From Escherichia coli (lineage in GTDB: Bacteria > Pseudomonadota > Gammaproteobacteria > Enterobacterales > Enterobacteriaceae), in NCBI RefSeq assembly GCF_044324785.1, contig NZ_CP172127.1: DNA of 64,000 nt. One strand, 5' to 3'. Under the pieces are notes generated by a model that had not been told where the DNA came from, searched no databases, and saw only the letters and a list, made by a program, of their open reading frames with translations. This document shows positions 1-12,890 of the stretch, piece by piece (within the stretch, counting starts at the first letter, position 1; the number at the start of each line of letters is the position of its first letter). The translations under genes were made by a program, and so were the position numbers.

Positions 1-122
1 CGATCGTAAGCGCCTGTTGCCTCCAGCCATTCACGACGACTGGCGGAAAGATCCAGCCGTTGTTGCTGGATCTGGCTAAGCAGTTGCGCCTTACGTCGTT
101 CACGTTCGACTTTACTGCTCAC
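1..122 (-). CDS. yqjK: Inner membrane protein YqjK, 5' part only (GTG start near 122; gene runs past the window start)
   Basis: Minus-strand translation from about 122 reads VSSKVERERRKAQLLSQIQQQRLDLSASRREW, matching recalled YqjK N-terminus; lies downstream of yqjE as in the yqjCDEK cluster. Confidence 0.6.
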   Translation of the reverse strand, partial: MSSKVERERRKAQLLSQIQQQRLDLSASRREWLEATGAYD

Positions 123-516
123 GGGACTCCTCCTCGAGCAGCTGCCGATCGTTTGCTAACTCATGGCGTGTATGGCGCAGCAAGGTGGATTTACGCGATT
201 TACGTAGCGTCCAGATACCGCCAATCAGTGCCAGTAGCAGCAACACCACGGTGGTGGCAATCATCGCATTCAGGCGATATTGCGGATCAACCGCCCAAAT
301 AATTAGCACCATCAGGCTCATAAGACCAAATGCAGCGAAAAGCATCGTCAGGCCCAGCATCAGTAAAAGTTGAAAGAGATTAGCTTTTTCCTCTTCCAGC
401 TCCACCACCGCCAGCCGCAGACGTGTTTCCACCATTTCAACCATGATGGAAACAATTCGCTGCCCGATGCCCAGAACGCTTTTACCGGGCCCTTGCGCGT
501 GATGAGTGTCCGCCAT
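112..516 (-). CDS. yqjE: DUF1469 inner membrane protein YqjE (start at internal Met of the 157-aa ORF, MADTHHAQGPG...)
   Basis: ORF 112..585; hydrophobic segments; recalled YqjE sequence; start trimmed to ATG at 516. Confidence 0.85.
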   Translation of the reverse strand: MADTHHAQGPGKSVLGIGQRIVSIMVEMVETRLRLAVVELEEEKANLFQLLLMLGLTMLFAAFGLMSLMVLIIWAVDPQYRLNAMIATTVVLLLLALIGGIWTLRKSRKSTLLRHTRHELANDRQLLEEESREQ

Positions 517-518
517 AA

Positions 519-824
519 TTAACGACGCGACAGCAGAACGCCGAGCACTACACCGATTGCAGCGCCAATGCCCACGCCCGTCCACGGGTTTTCACGCACA
601 TACTCATCGGCACGCGCTGCCGCAACACGGGTTTGTTTGGCGATGGCATCACCGGTTTCACCCAGGCGATAACGGCTCTGTTTCAGTGCCTGCTCCGCTT
701 TGCTACGAATCTTACTCAACTCTTCTTTCGACTTCTCGCCAGATGAGCTAAGTACCTCTTCCAGCGTATCGGAAAGGGATTTCAACTCAGCACGCAGATG
801 TTCCGTAGTGTGTTCTTTCGACAT
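519..824 (-). CDS. yqjD: Ribosome-associated membrane-anchored protein YqjD (ElaB/YgaM paralogue)
   Basis: 101-aa ORF MSKEHTTEHLRAELKSL... with C-terminal TM anchor; matches recalled YqjD. Confidence 0.9.
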   Translation of the reverse strand: MSKEHTTEHLRAELKSLSDTLEEVLSSSGEKSKEELSKIRSKAEQALKQSRYRLGETGDAIAKQTRVAAARADEYVRENPWTGVGIGAAIGVVLGVLLSRR

Positions 825-861
825 AGTTTTCTCCAGGTGAGTAAGTAGTGACTATTGTGAG

Positions 862-1230
862 TTAGTAGTCGCGCGCTTCCAGCTTTTTCAGCTCTTCCTG
901 CGCTTCTGCCAGTTTCCGTTCGCGTTTGGCAATCTTATCGGCATCGCCTTTTTGCTTCGCCTCGGTTAAATCTTGCTGGCGTTCCGCCACCTCATCTTTC
1001 TGCTTTGCGATTTTCTTCTGATGATCGGCACGCAGCTGGCTATCTGAACAGTTGGCCCGGACTTCACTCAGGGCTTTATTCAGACCGTCAATACGATTCT
1101 GGTTTTGGTGTTTTTCGGCATAGCTGATCTCCTTAAGGATATTTTGCTCCTTTTCCTGACACAGGGTAGTGGCATAACTACCGGCACTAAGAGCAAAGAG
1201 AGAAACAGCTAAAGCGATGCGGTATTTCAT
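862..1230 (-). CDS. yqjC: Periplasmic DUF1090 protein YqjC (signal peptide; start at MKYRIALAV)
   Basis: ORF 862..1245; N-terminal signal-peptide-like segment, Lys/Glu-rich coiled region. Confidence 0.85.
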   Translation of the reverse strand: MKYRIALAVSLFALSAGSYATTLCQEKEQNILKEISYAEKHQNQNRIDGLNKALSEVRANCSDSQLRADHQKKIAKQKDEVAERQQDLTEAKQKGDADKIAKRERKLAEAQEELKKLEARDY

Positions 1231-1376
1231 TCTTGAACCTTCCATTGTGATTCGGACCTATTACAAAGGAACGATTGTCCAGACAACGAAGCGGTAGTGT
1301 TAACCACCGCCTCATTAATCATAGACAGTTACGGTGAAATCACCAAAGTCAGTGATATGTTTCGGATAACAGGAAG

Positions 1377-1760
1377 TTATCCGAAGCGATGAGAGTTATC
1401 CCGCAACCGGGTCAGCCACTGCATAGCCTGACTATTATTGTCCTGCTGTGCAATGATGTAGCCATGGGGCAATGTTCTGTCGAGGACCGCTTTTGCGGCG
1501 GCACTCTGGTCGCTGGAGTCAAAGGTAATTAACAGAGTGTCATTTTTGGGGGTGATACTTTTGAAAGGAATGCCGTGAGCGTCAAGGTGATGCCAGATTG
1601 AAAAACCGTCTGGCATCGTTGTCCCTTGATTAACGGCACGAATCGCCAGCGTAGACTCTTGCTGGCGAACCGCGGACCAGGCCAGCAACAGTGTGCCGAC
1701 CAGAAGTAAAACAGCGCCGGACCAGGCTAGCTGGCGAAGCGACATGCGAGGTATTTGCAT
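1377..1760 (-). CDS. mzrA: Modulator of EnvZ/OmpR, MzrA
   Basis: 127-aa ORF with single N-terminal TM segment; matches recalled MzrA (YqjB). Confidence 0.9.
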   Translation of the reverse strand: MQIPRMSLRQLAWSGAVLLLVGTLLLAWSAVRQQESTLAIRAVNQGTTMPDGFSIWHHLDAHGIPFKSITPKNDTLLITFDSSDQSAAAKAVLDRTLPHGYIIAQQDNNSQAMQWLTRLRDNSHRFG

Positions 1761-1763
1761 CCC

Positions 1764-2426
1764 TTACCCCCGATTTCCATATTTCTTTTTCCATAACACG
1801 ACCAGAGAACCTGCCAGGCCAAACACCAGCAGCACCACCGGGAGCAGCATCAGGCATGACATCAGCTGGTCCTCGTACTTTAAAAATACCGGCGTTTTGC
1901 CGAGCATGTAACCCAGAGTTGTCAGGATCAATACCCACAGCAGACCGCTCATCCAGTTGAAGAACTGAAAGCGCGCGTTATTCAGCCCTGATAATCCGGC
2001 AATCGTCGGCAGCAGTGTTCTGACAAATGCAATAAAGCGACCAATTAACAGCGCCGATAAACCGTGTTTATGAAAAAGATGGTGTGCGCGTTGATGATAA
2101 TGCGCGGGTAAATGAGATAGCCAGTTTTGTACGGTGCGGGTATTGCCCAGCCATCGCCCCTGAATATAGCTGACCCAGCAACCGAGGCTGGCGGCAACGG
2201 TCAGCAGCAGAATCGTTTGCGGATAGCCCATCGCGCCTTTCGCAATCAATACGCCGACCAACACCAGTAAACTGTCGCCCGGTAAAAAGGCCGCCGGAAG
2301 CAAGCCGTTTTCAAGGAACAAAATTACAAACAAGACAAAATACAACATGCCAATCATCGACGGATTGGCCAGGGTTTCAAAATCCTGCGCCCACAGGGCT
2401 TGCAGCAATTGGGTCAAAAGTTCCAT
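1764..2426 (-). CDS. yqjA: DedA-family inner membrane protein YqjA
   Basis: 220-aa polytopic membrane ORF; recalled YqjA; gene order mzrA-yqjA. Confidence 0.9.
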   Translation of the reverse strand: MELLTQLLQALWAQDFETLANPSMIGMLYFVLFVILFLENGLLPAAFLPGDSLLVLVGVLIAKGAMGYPQTILLLTVAASLGCWVSYIQGRWLGNTRTVQNWLSHLPAHYHQRAHHLFHKHGLSALLIGRFIAFVRTLLPTIAGLSGLNNARFQFFNWMSGLLWVLILTTLGYMLGKTPVFLKYEDQLMSCLMLLPVVLLVFGLAGSLVVLWKKKYGNRG

Positions 2427-2770
2427 TCATTATTCCTGGTGAATCGGTTAACGCCACGCTGGTTTTAAAAGATGCACTACCGCAATGTTATTGCTGTTTT
2501 GGTATGTTTTGCGGGTTTGATACATCAACACAGCCTGAACTATTCCCTGTTAAATCGTGAGATAAGAAAGCATTCAAAAGCATAAATTCAAATTGAATCT
2601 AATTGTAACAAAGGTCAACGTTGTTCGTTATCAAAATTACATGTCCGTGGAGTCTGATTTTGCTGATTGCAGGGGAGGGTGGCGAGAGGATTTACACAGG
2701 CTGACACTTTATACTTTTCGCTTACCGACGAAGCAAACAGGCGCATTGCAGCGCCTGTCGGATGGAAATT

Positions 2771-3547
2771 TCATTTGCCACCGCTGGTGGCCGTATCGAG
2801 ATGCACTACCGGGTTTTCTGCGAACAGATAGCGGTCGGCATTGAACTCGAAATCGTCGCTGGTTTCGTTAAATAACATGATTTTGGTGTTTTCCAGATGC
2901 TGCCACATTGCCAGCTTAGCAGCATGAGGATCTTTGCGAATTAACGCCTTGAGGATCTGATCGTGGTCATCGCACCAGTTATCGACAGTACGGGCATCAA
3001 TGTGTTCGTGTAGTTTTTTCCAGTACGGGTTATGGCTACGTTGAGTCCACATTTTTTCAACGATAGCCGCCAGGGCGGAGTTCTGCGTCGCCAGGGCTAC
3101 CTGAATGTGGAACTGCAAATCCCACTCGGAATCACGGAAGCATTGTTCGCCGCGCGCCTGCTCCTGGATGGCCATCAATTTCATGATGTCCTGTTTCGTT
3201 ACCTGAGTTGCCGCGAACTCGGCAATATTACTTTCGATGAGCTGGCGAGCCTGGAGCAACTCAAACGGACCGTAATTGGCGAATTCCATATTATTGTCCG
3301 CCGCCTGCTGATGACGCGGCTGGTTGGAAACCACGTGAATACCTGAACCTTTACGCACCTCCACATAGCCTTCAACTTCCAGCATGATGATGGCTTCACG
3401 AACTACCGTACGGCTGACGTTCTTTTCATCGGCAATAAAGCGCTCAGCAGGCAGTTTATCACCCACCAGATAGACGCCCTGTTCGATGCGCTCTTTCAGA
3501 TCAGCGGCAAGTTGTTGATACAAACGGCGTGGTTCAGTGATTTCCAT
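2771..3547 (-). CDS. exuR: Hexuronate regulon repressor ExuR (GntR family)
   Basis: ORF 2771..3562, start trimmed to [13 protein letters not shown]-terminal GntR-type HTH; next to exuT. Confidence 0.9.
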   Translation of the reverse strand: MEITEPRRLYQQLAADLKERIEQGVYLVGDKLPAERFIADEKNVSRTVVREAIIMLEVEGYVEVRKGSGIHVVSNQPRHQQAADNNMEFANYGPFELLQARQLIESNIAEFAATQVTKQDIMKLMAIQEQARGEQCFRDSEWDLQFHIQVALATQNSALAAIVEKMWTQRSHNPYWKKLHEHIDARTVDNWCDDHDQILKALIRKDPHAAKLAMWQHLENTKIMLFNETSDDFEFNADRYLFAENPVVHLDTATSGGK

Positions 3548-3676
3548 ATGCGCTCCAGGCATGATACGGCAGACTATATTTGTTATACCACTTTTGCGAG
3601 TTTAGCTCTACTCACAGTGATGAAAAAGCCGCCTGAGAAGGCGGCTTTGAAGGGAAACTAAAACTTACACGAAGCC

Positions 3677-4975
3677 TTAATGTTGCGGTGCAGGATCGTT
3701 ATGTGTTTCCTGCGCCACCTCAATCGCCGGTTTGTTCTGCAACACCGTCCAGATAACCAGCGCACCCAGCAGGTCAAATACTGCCAGAACTGCGAACAGC
3801 GGGCTGAAGCCGATGGTGTCAGCCAGTGCACCGACAACCAGCGCAAACAGCGTACTTGCCAGCCATGCGGACATCCCGGTTAAACCGTTCGCCGTCGCCA
3901 CTTCGTTACGACCGAACACGTCAGAAGAGAGCGTAATCAGCGCGCCAGACAGTGCCTGGTGAGCAAAACCACCGATACACAGCAGCATAATTGCGACATA
4001 CGGGTTGGTGAACAAACCGATCATACCCGGGCCAATCATCAGCACAGCACCCAGCGTTACGACCATCTTACGAGAAACGATCAGGTTAACACCAAACCAA
4101 CGCTGGAACAGCGGCGGCAGGTAACCACCGAGGATACAACCGAGGTCAGCAAACAGCATCGGCATCCAGGCGAACATCGCAATCTCTTTCAGGTTAAAGC
4201 CGTAAACTTTAAACATGAACAGCGGGATCCACGCGTTAAAAGTACCCCAGGCCGGTTCTGCCAGGAAACGCGGCAGCGCGATACCCCAGAACTGACGGTT
4301 ACGCAGGATCTGACCAACGGACATTTTCTTCGCCGTGCTCACCTGGTGCTGGGCTTCCTGACCATTAATAATATAGTCGCGTTCTTCATCGGTCAGATGC
4401 TTCTGGTCGCGCGGATGTTTATAGAAAATCAGCCATGCCATCGCCCAGATAAAGCTCAATGCACCGGAGATGATAAATGCCATCTGCCAGCTGTGCATCA
4501 CGATTGCCCATACCACCAGCGGCGGTGCAATCATCGCACCAATCGAAGAACCTACGTTAAAGTAGCCTACTGCGATGGAACGCTCTTTCGCCGGGAACCA
4601 TTCGGAGCTGGCTTTCAGACCCGCCGGGATCATCGCTGCTTCCGCGGCACCGACCGCACCACGAGCAATCGCCAGGCCACCCCAGCTACCGGCCAGCGCG
4701 GTTGCACCACAGAATACGGCCCACAGTACAGCAAACATTGCGTAACCGATTTTCGTACCCAGCACATCCAGTACATAACCTGCTACCGGTTGCATGACCG
4801 TATAAGCAGCAGAATAGGCTGCGATGATATAGGAATACTGTTGGGTGGAGATGTTTAACTCTTCCATCAGAGTTGGCGCAGCTGCCGCCACAGTGTTACG
4901 CGTCAGGTAACCAAGCACGGTGCCGAGCGTCACCAGTGCGATCATATACCAACGTAACCCTTTAATTTTACGCAT
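3677..4975 (-). CDS. exuT: Hexuronate transporter ExuT (MFS)
   Basis: ORF 3677..5095, start trimmed to MRKIKGLRWYMIALV (432 aa); 12-TM MFS-like. Confidence 0.9.
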   Translation of the reverse strand: MRKIKGLRWYMIALVTLGTVLGYLTRNTVAAAAPTLMEELNISTQQYSYIIAAYSAAYTVMQPVAGYVLDVLGTKIGYAMFAVLWAVFCGATALAGSWGGLAIARGAVGAAEAAMIPAGLKASSEWFPAKERSIAVGYFNVGSSIGAMIAPPLVVWAIVMHSWQMAFIISGALSFIWAMAWLIFYKHPRDQKHLTDEERDYIINGQEAQHQVSTAKKMSVGQILRNRQFWGIALPRFLAEPAWGTFNAWIPLFMFKVYGFNLKEIAMFAWMPMLFADLGCILGGYLPPLFQRWFGVNLIVSRKMVVTLGAVLMIGPGMIGLFTNPYVAIMLLCIGGFAHQALSGALITLSSDVFGRNEVATANGLTGMSAWLASTLFALVVGALADTIGFSPLFAVLAVFDLLGALVIWTVLQNKPAIEVAQETHNDPAPQH

Positions 4976-5355
4976 GTAAAACCTCATCGTTTTGTTATAT
5001 CCGCAGGAAGCGCGGCCATCATCCCGCCAGAGGCTGAAGATGTTAGTTACGACCGGGTAACCGAAAAAAAACCGGCACGCCCCGAACGTTGCCATGAAAG
5101 TTTCGTGCTAATTCGGCTTCCGTACCGGTTAACCCGATTCATCTAACAAATGAATGAATCGGCAATTTGCATTCCGTCGACTTATGATTTGCGACGGCAG
5201 AAAGATAACTTGTCATACAACTTTAAAAGGTGAGAGCCATCACAAATGTGGGAATATTTGTAGGGACATTACCTGACGACAGCGAGGCCAGTACTGGCGC
5301 GGCCTGCAGCGAGATTTACCACTTTGAGAGTAATTTTTTTAACTACGTTTATTGA

Positions 5356-6870
<1,515 letters not shown>

Positions 6871-6884
6871 GGTCTGGGGTTGAT

Positions 6885-8372
6885 ATGCAATACATCAAGA
6901 TCCATGCGCTGGATAACGTCGCGGTCGCTTTAGCAGATTTGGCGGAAGGCACAGAAGTCAGTGTCGATAACCAGACTGTTACGCTGCGCCAGGATGTTGC
7001 TCGTGGACATAAATTTGCGTTAACGGATATCGCAAAAGGGGCCAACGTCATCAAATATGGCCTGCCGATTGGTTATGCATTGGCGGATATTGCGGCGGGG
7101 GAACACGTTCACGCCCACAATACGCGCACGAATCTGAGCGATCTGGATCAGTATCGCTATCAACCTGATTTTCAGGATCTGCCTGCGCAAGCGGCAGATC
7201 GTGAAGTGCAGATCTATCGTCGCGCTAACGGCGATGTCGGGGTGCGCAATGAGCTGTGGATCCTGCCAACCGTGGGCTGTGTTAACGGCATCGCGCGGCA
7301 GATCCAAAATCGTTTCCTGAAAGAGACCAACAACGCCGAAGGTACCGACGGCGTGTTCCTCTTCAGCCACACCTACGGCTGCTCACAGCTGGGCGACGAT
7401 CACATTAATACCCGCACCATGCTGCAAAACATGGTGCGCCACCCGAACGCAGGGGCAGTGCTGGTGATTGGTCTGGGCTGTGAAAACAACCAGGTTGCCG
7501 CATTCCGTGAAACGCTGGGCGATATCGATCCTGAACGCGTTCATTTCATGATCTGCCAACAGCAGGATGATGAGATCGAAGCCGGGATCGAGCATTTGCA
7601 TCAGCTGTATAGCGTGATGCGCAACGATAAACGCGAGCCGGGCAAACTCAGCGAACTGAAGTTTGGTCTGGAGTGCGGTGGTTCTGACGGTCTTTCTGGT
7701 ATTACTGCTAACCCGATGCTGGGGCGTTTCTCTGACTACGTGATTGCTAACGGCGGTACTACCGTACTGACCGAAGTGCCGGAGATGTTTGGCGCAGAGC
7801 AGTTGCTGATGGACCATTGCCGCGACGAAGCAACGTTTGAAAAACTGGTCACCATGGTCAATGACTTCAAGCAGTACTTTATTGCCCATGACCAGCCGAT
7901 CTATGAAAACCCATCGCCGGGGAACAAAGCGGGCGGTATCACCACGCTGGAAGATAAATCCCTTGGCTGTACCCAGAAAGCGGGTTCCAGTGTCGTGGTT
8001 GACGTGCTGCGTTACGGCGAGCGTCTGAAAACGCCGGGGCTGAACTTGTTAAGTGCGCCGGGTAACGATGCCGTAGCGACCAGCGCCCTGGCGGGTGCGG
8101 GCTGCCATATGGTGCTGTTCAGTACTGGTCGCGGCACGCCATACGGCGGCTTTGTACCGACGGTGAAAATCGCCACCAACAGCGAACTGGCGGCGAAGAA
8201 AAAACACTGGATCGACTTTGACGCGGGTCAGCTGATCCACGGTAAAGCGATGCCGCAGTTGCTGGAAGAATTCATCGATACCATCGTTGAGTTTGCCAAC
8301 GGTAAGCAAACCTGTAACGAGCGTAACGACTTCCGCGAACTGGCGATCTTCAAAAGCGGCGTAACGCTATAA
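6885..8372 (+). CDS. uxaA: Altronate dehydratase UxaA
   Basis: 495-aa ORF MQYIKIHALDNVAVAL...; immediately downstream of uxaC (uxaCA operon). Confidence 0.95.
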   Translation: MQYIKIHALDNVAVALADLAEGTEVSVDNQTVTLRQDVARGHKFALTDIAKGANVIKYGLPIGYALADIAAGEHVHAHNTRTNLSDLDQYRYQPDFQDLPAQAADREVQIYRRANGDVGVRNELWILPTVGCVNGIARQIQNRFLKETNNAEGTDGVFLFSHTYGCSQLGDDHINTRTMLQNMVRHPNAGAVLVIGLGCENNQVAAFRETLGDIDPERVHFMICQQQDDEIEAGIEHLHQLYSVMRNDKREPGKLSELKFGLECGGSDGLSGITANPMLGRFSDYVIANGGTTVLTEVPEMFGAEQLLMDHCRDEATFEKLVTMVNDFKQYFIAHDQPIYENPSPGNKAGGITTLEDKSLGCTQKAGSSVVVDVLRYGERLKTPGLNLLSAPGNDAVATSALAGAGCHMVLFSTGRGTPYGGFVPTVKIATNSELAAKKKHWIDFDAGQLIHGKAMPQLLEEFIDTIVEFANGKQTCNERNDFRELAIFKSGVTL

Positions 8373-8396
8373 AGTCGAAATGAGTTGTTAATAAAA

Positions 8397-8432
8397 AACG
8401 GCGTTTCATAATGTGAAGCGCCGTTTGCTTTT
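8397..8432 (+). terminator. Rho-independent terminator after uxaA
   Basis: GC stem aacggcg...cgccgtt followed by T-rich run, directly after the uxaA stop. Confidence 0.55.
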
Positions 8433-8454
8433 CCAGACCTGCTAAGGATTTATC

Positions 8455-9006
8455 ATGACCGCGTATTGGCTGGCCCAGGGCGTGGGTGTCATCGCCTTTC
8501 TGATTGGTATCACAACATTTTTCAACCGTGACGAACGTCGCTTCAAAAAGCAGCTTTCGGTCTATAGCGCCGTTATTGGCGTACATTTTTTTCTTCTGGG
8601 CACCTATCCCGCCGGTGCCAGTGCCATCCTGAATGCCATTCGTACATTGATTACCTTACGCACGCGCAGCTTATGGGTAATGGCGATTTTTATTGTGCTG
8701 ACTGGCGGAATTGGCCTCGCGAAGTTCCATCATCCTGTCGAACTATTGCCGGTTATCGGCACGATTGTCAGTACCTGGGCGCTATTCCGCTGTAAAGGGC
8801 TGACCATGCGCTGCGTGATGTGGTTTTCAACGTGTTGCTGGGTGATTCACAACTTCTGGGCGGGGTCGATAGGCGGCACGATGATTGAGGGGAGTTTTCT
8901 GCTGATGAATGGTCTGAATATCATTCGTTTCTGGCGGATGCAGAAAAGGGGAATTGATCCGTTTAAAGTAGAGAAAACCCCTTCCGCCGTAGACGAAAGG
9001 GGTTAA
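8455..9006 (+). CDS. ygjV: Inner membrane protein YgjV
   Basis: 183-aa hydrophobic ORF; position between uxaA and sstT. Confidence 0.85.
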   Translation: MTAYWLAQGVGVIAFLIGITTFFNRDERRFKKQLSVYSAVIGVHFFLLGTYPAGASAILNAIRTLITLRTRSLWVMAIFIVLTGGIGLAKFHHPVELLPVIGTIVSTWALFRCKGLTMRCVMWFSTCCWVIHNFWAGSIGGTMIEGSFLLMNGLNIIRFWRMQKRGIDPFKVEKTPSAVDERG

Positions 9007-9010
9007 ACAA

Positions 9011-10255
9011 TTAATTACGCAGGGCGCTATTTGCCAGACGATCGTCTTCTGCCTGGCAAGCTGCCGCAGTGAACAGCACGTCAGTTGAAGAGTTCAGCGC
9101 GGTTTCGCAAGAGTCCTGCAATACGCCGATGATAAAGCCGACGGCAACCACCTGCATGGCGATATCGTTCGAAATACCGAACATATTACAGGCCAGTGGG
9201 ATCAGCAGCAGAGAACCCCCCGCCACGCCGGATGCGCCACAGGCACACAGAGAAGCCACTACGCTCAACAGCAGCGCTGTGGGCAGATCGACCGGAATAC
9301 CCAGCGTATTAACCGCAGCCAGCGTCAACACGGTAATGGTGATTGCTGCGCCCGCCATATTGATGGTGGCACCCAGCGGAATAGAAACGGAATAGGTATC
9401 GCGATCCAGATTCAGCTTTTCACACAGCGCCATATTCACCGGAATGTTCGCCGCAGAGCTGCGGGTGAAGAAGGCGTACACGCCGCTTTCGCGCAGGCAC
9501 AGCAGCACCAGCGGGAACGGGTTACGACGAATTTTCCACCACACCAGCAATGGGTTAACCACCAGCGCCACCAGTAACATACAGCCAACCAGCACGACCA
9601 GCAGTTGCGCGTAGCCCCACAGTGTGGAGAAACCGGTGGTTGCCAGGGTAGAAGAAACTAGACCAAAAATACCGATCGGTGCGAAGCGAATGACCAGTTT
9701 CACCATAAAGGTGACGGCATTCGACATATCGTTGATCAGGTTTTTGGTGGTCTCGTTACCGTGACGCAGTGCGAAACCGAGGCCAATTGCCCACACCAGG
9801 ATCCCGATGTAGTTACCTTTCAGCAGCGCGTCGATGGGGTTGGAAACCATGCTCATTACCAGCCCGCGCATCACTTCTACAATGCCTGACGGCGGCGAAA
9901 TATCACCCGCGCTACTGGATAAGTGCAGGGTAGAAGGGAAGGCAAAGCTGAAGACTACTGCGGCCAGAGCAGCAGAGAAGGTGCCCAGCAGATAGAGGAA
10001 CAAAATAGGGCGGATATTGGTTTTCTGCCCGTGCTGGTGGTTAGCAATAGACGCCATTACCAGCATCAACACCAGGATGGGGGCAACGGCTTTCAGTGCG
10101 CCGACGAACAAAGTACCTAACAGACCAACAGCTTCCGCCGCGGGTTTTGAGATCCATGCCAGAAGAATCCCCAGAACAAGGCCGACCAGGATTTGTTTTA
10201 CCAGGCTGCCATGAGCCAGACGCCGGAATAGCCCCGGTGAACGTTGCGTAGTCAT
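9011..10255 (-). CDS. sstT: Serine/threonine:Na+ symporter SstT
   Basis: 414-aa [24 protein letters not shown]...; DAACS-family membrane transporter. Confidence 0.95.
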   Translation of the reverse strand: MTTQRSPGLFRRLAHGSLVKQILVGLVLGILLAWISKPAAEAVGLLGTLFVGALKAVAPILVLMLVMASIANHQHGQKTNIRPILFLYLLGTFSAALAAVVFSFAFPSTLHLSSSAGDISPPSGIVEVMRGLVMSMVSNPIDALLKGNYIGILVWAIGLGFALRHGNETTKNLINDMSNAVTFMVKLVIRFAPIGIFGLVSSTLATTGFSTLWGYAQLLVVLVGCMLLVALVVNPLLVWWKIRRNPFPLVLLCLRESGVYAFFTRSSAANIPVNMALCEKLNLDRDTYSVSIPLGATINMAGAAITITVLTLAAVNTLGIPVDLPTALLLSVVASLCACGASGVAGGSLLLIPLACNMFGISNDIAMQVVAVGFIIGVLQDSCETALNSSTDVLFTAAACQAEDDRLANSALRN

Positions 10256-10576
10256 TTTTCGATCCTTTCATTGTGTTGTCGCACATCCCTGGTGCGTTCT
10301 GTCGACGCATCTTTCAGGATGTAACAAAGTGTTTGCAAGGTCGAGTATAAGGAAAGTTACAGCTTCGGGAAGCGAAAAATGCTGGATTTTAAAGAGAGGT
10401 CATATTTTGCAACTTAATGGTTACATTTGTTTGACATAAAAATAAAGCCAACGTGCGGCTTCCAGACTGATGACAACGTCAAAAAAGTACTCGGTCAGTC
10501 CCCTCTCCCCGGAAGGGAGAGGGAGAAAACGGTGCTCATGTTGATGACAGGGTACACGGCTTAGGCAGATTAAAAA

Positions 10577-11542
10577 TCATCCAACCCGCTGCTTATCATG
10601 CCGATAATTCACCCAGGCGTTGATAATAAACGTCATCACCAGAATGCCAAACACCACGCCCAGCGAGACGGCGATTGGAATATGGTAGAAGTCGACAATC
10701 AGCATCTTGATACCGATAAACACCAGAATCACCGCCAGGCCATATTTGAGCATCGAGAAACGTTCTGCTACGCCCGCCAGCAGGAAATACATCGCACGCA
10801 GGCCGAGGATCGCAAACAGGTTTGAGGTCAGCACAATGAACGGGTCAGTGGTCACGGCGAAGATAGCCGGAATGCTATCCACGGCGAAAATCACGTCGCT
10901 CAATTCCACCAGAATCAGCACCAGCATCAGCGGCGTGGCATACAGCAAGCCATTCTTACGCACAAAGAAATGCTCGTTGTCGATGGTGTCGGTCATGCGC
11001 AAATGACCGCGCAGCCAGCGCACCAGCGGCTTGTCGCCAATGCCTGATTCATCTTCATGGGCGAGCGCCATCTTCACGCCGGTAAACAGCAGGAAGGCAC
11101 CGAAGATATACAGGATCCAGTCGAACTGCGAAATCAGCCAGCTGCCAGTGAAGATCATGATGGTACGCAGAACAATCGCCCCGAGCACGCCATACACCAG
11201 CACGCGCCGTTGTAATGCCGCCGGAACAGAGAAATAGCTGAACAACATCAGCCAGACAAAGACGTTATCGACCGCCAGCGATTTCTCAATCAGATAACCC
11301 GTGAGAAAGGCCAGTGCCTGTGGATCGGCAACGGCGCGACCTTCGGTTTGCACCAGATACCACCAGAAAGCGGCGTTAAACAGTAACGACAGCGTCACCC
11401 AGACCAGCGACCAGGCCGCAGCCTGTTTCATGGTCATGGCATGTGCCCCACGACGCCCCTGCAACAACAGGTCGATAGCCAGCATAATGGCGACAACAAC
11501 AGCGAATCCGCCCCATAGCAACGGCGTGCCGACAGTATTCAT
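10577..11542 (-). CDS. alx: TerC-family inner membrane protein Alx
   Basis: 321-aa polytopic membrane ORF; recalled Alx. Confidence 0.9.
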   Translation of the reverse strand: MNTVGTPLLWGGFAVVVAIMLAIDLLLQGRRGAHAMTMKQAAAWSLVWVTLSLLFNAAFWWYLVQTEGRAVADPQALAFLTGYLIEKSLAVDNVFVWLMLFSYFSVPAALQRRVLVYGVLGAIVLRTIMIFTGSWLISQFDWILYIFGAFLLFTGVKMALAHEDESGIGDKPLVRWLRGHLRMTDTIDNEHFFVRKNGLLYATPLMLVLILVELSDVIFAVDSIPAIFAVTTDPFIVLTSNLFAILGLRAMYFLLAGVAERFSMLKYGLAVILVFIGIKMLIVDFYHIPIAVSLGVVFGILVMTFIINAWVNYRHDKQRVG

Positions 11543-11599
11543 AGAAGTTCCTTACACATAAAAAAAACGGCCAACGTCGGAAGACGTCAGCCGCTGCTT

Positions 11600-11760
11600 T
11601 TTATGCATAGACCTCGCCTTCCGGCAAGGTCTCACTTACAACAAAAAAGGAATACGTCTGCGTATTCCTTTCGGGTTGCCCGGTGACCGGATGTGGTTTT
11701 TCACACATCGTAATGACGATCGACCGGCAATGAAGTTACTCCCCTTTGCAGGTAACAAAG
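11600..11760 (-). promoter_or_regulatory. alx 5' leader, probable yybP-ykoY (Mn2+) riboswitch / pH-responsive element
   Basis: Upstream of alx on the minus strand; contains the ...aaaggggagtaac... core typical of yybP-ykoY leaders; E. coli alx is known to carry such a leader; boundaries approximate. Confidence 0.45.
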
Positions 11761-11825
11761 TATGACAGACCATTCAGTCAGTCAATGGTCTGTTACATGC
11801 CTTTTACACTGCTTTACGGTAACCA

Positions 11826-12812
11826 TTATTGTTTTACGCTATCTGCCGGAAAAATCACCCCAGTCTGGCGGCGGATCTCAGTCAGCAGTTTGGCGGTGAT
11901 GCGACTGACCGCCAGCCCTGGATGATCCACCAGATGTTCATCCACCAGTTCAGCAAACAGCTCTGCTTCGTAGAGCATGGTATTAATATGCTGCGGTTGG
12001 GTGAGATCCTGCATCTGGCTGCCACGCGGCACAAAACACACTTTCTGGCATTCAGACAGTTTTTCAATCACCAGCGATCCCGCTTCGCCCTGAATCTCGC
12101 TTGCCAGGACAGAATCACTCACTTTTGAGTGCTGCAACGTAACGCTGAAATCACCGTAATCCATCACCACCACGCCGTGGGCATCTACGCCGCTTGCCAA
12201 CAAACTGGCGGTTGCCTGCACGCTTTTCGGCTCACCAAATAACGCCACCGCTGACGCCAGACAGTAAAAGCCGATATCCATAATCGAACCGTTAGAGAAT
12301 GCCGGATTAAAGGTGTTGGGATTTTCACCATCCAGGTAACGTTGATACCGCGAGGAATACTGGCAATAGTTGAAAAAGACTTTACGCAGTTTGCCGACTT
12401 TCGGCAGCGCCTGGCGCAACAGATGAAAGTTCGGCAGGTAGGCCGTTTTAAATGCCTCAAACAGCACCACCTGATTTTCCCGCGCACAGGCAATGGCGGC
12501 ATCCACTTCCGCCAGATTCGATGCCAGCGGCTTCTCGCAAATCACATGAATTTTGTGGCTAAGGAAAAGTTGTGTCTGGGAAAAGTGCAGGGCATTTGGG
12601 CTGGCAATATACACCGCGTCAATGGCATCGCTTTCTGCCATCGCTTCCAGCGAGGTAAACAGATGCTCGACAGAAAAATCATTGGCGAAGTGCTGGGCCT
12701 GCTCAAGGCTGCGGGAATAAACGGCGGTTAACTTGTATTTACCGCTCTCATGGGCGGCCTCGACGAACTGGCGAGTGATCCAGTTCGTACCAATCACAGC
12801 GAAACGTATCAT
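11826..12812 (-). CDS. ygjR: Gfo/Idh/MocA-family NAD(P)-dependent oxidoreductase YgjR
   Basis: ORF 11826..12830, start trimmed to MIRFAVIGTNWITRQF; Rossmann N-terminus. Confidence 0.85.
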   Translation of the reverse strand: MIRFAVIGTNWITRQFVEAAHESGKYKLTAVYSRSLEQAQHFANDFSVEHLFTSLEAMAESDAIDAVYIASPNALHFSQTQLFLSHKIHVICEKPLASNLAEVDAAIACARENQVVLFEAFKTAYLPNFHLLRQALPKVGKLRKVFFNYCQYSSRYQRYLDGENPNTFNPAFSNGSIMDIGFYCLASAVALFGEPKSVQATASLLASGVDAHGVVVMDYGDFSVTLQHSKVSDSVLASEIQGEAGSLVIEKLSECQKVCFVPRGSQMQDLTQPQHINTMLYEAELFAELVDEHLVDHPGLAVSRITAKLLTEIRRQTGVIFPADSVKQ

Positions 12813-12890
12813 AACGCGTGGATACTCCATAAAGGGATTCTGTCGTCAATGTAGCACGCCTTTTTCATCTTCGACGTGCGCAGATACGCA

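Noticed and set aside
5039-5041. Apparent one-nucleotide frame inconsistency when hand-translating the 5' end of exuT
   Set aside because: The ORF track shows an uninterrupted 472-aa frame, so I attribute this to my manual reading rather than a real frameshift; it is a reminder that hand-derived coordinates may be off by a base.
10500-10530. Strong palindrome tcccctctccc…gggagaggga downstream of alx as a novel structured element
   Set aside because: Most simply an alx terminator or REP-like hairpin in an intergenic region; nothing distinguishes it from ordinary terminator/REP structures.
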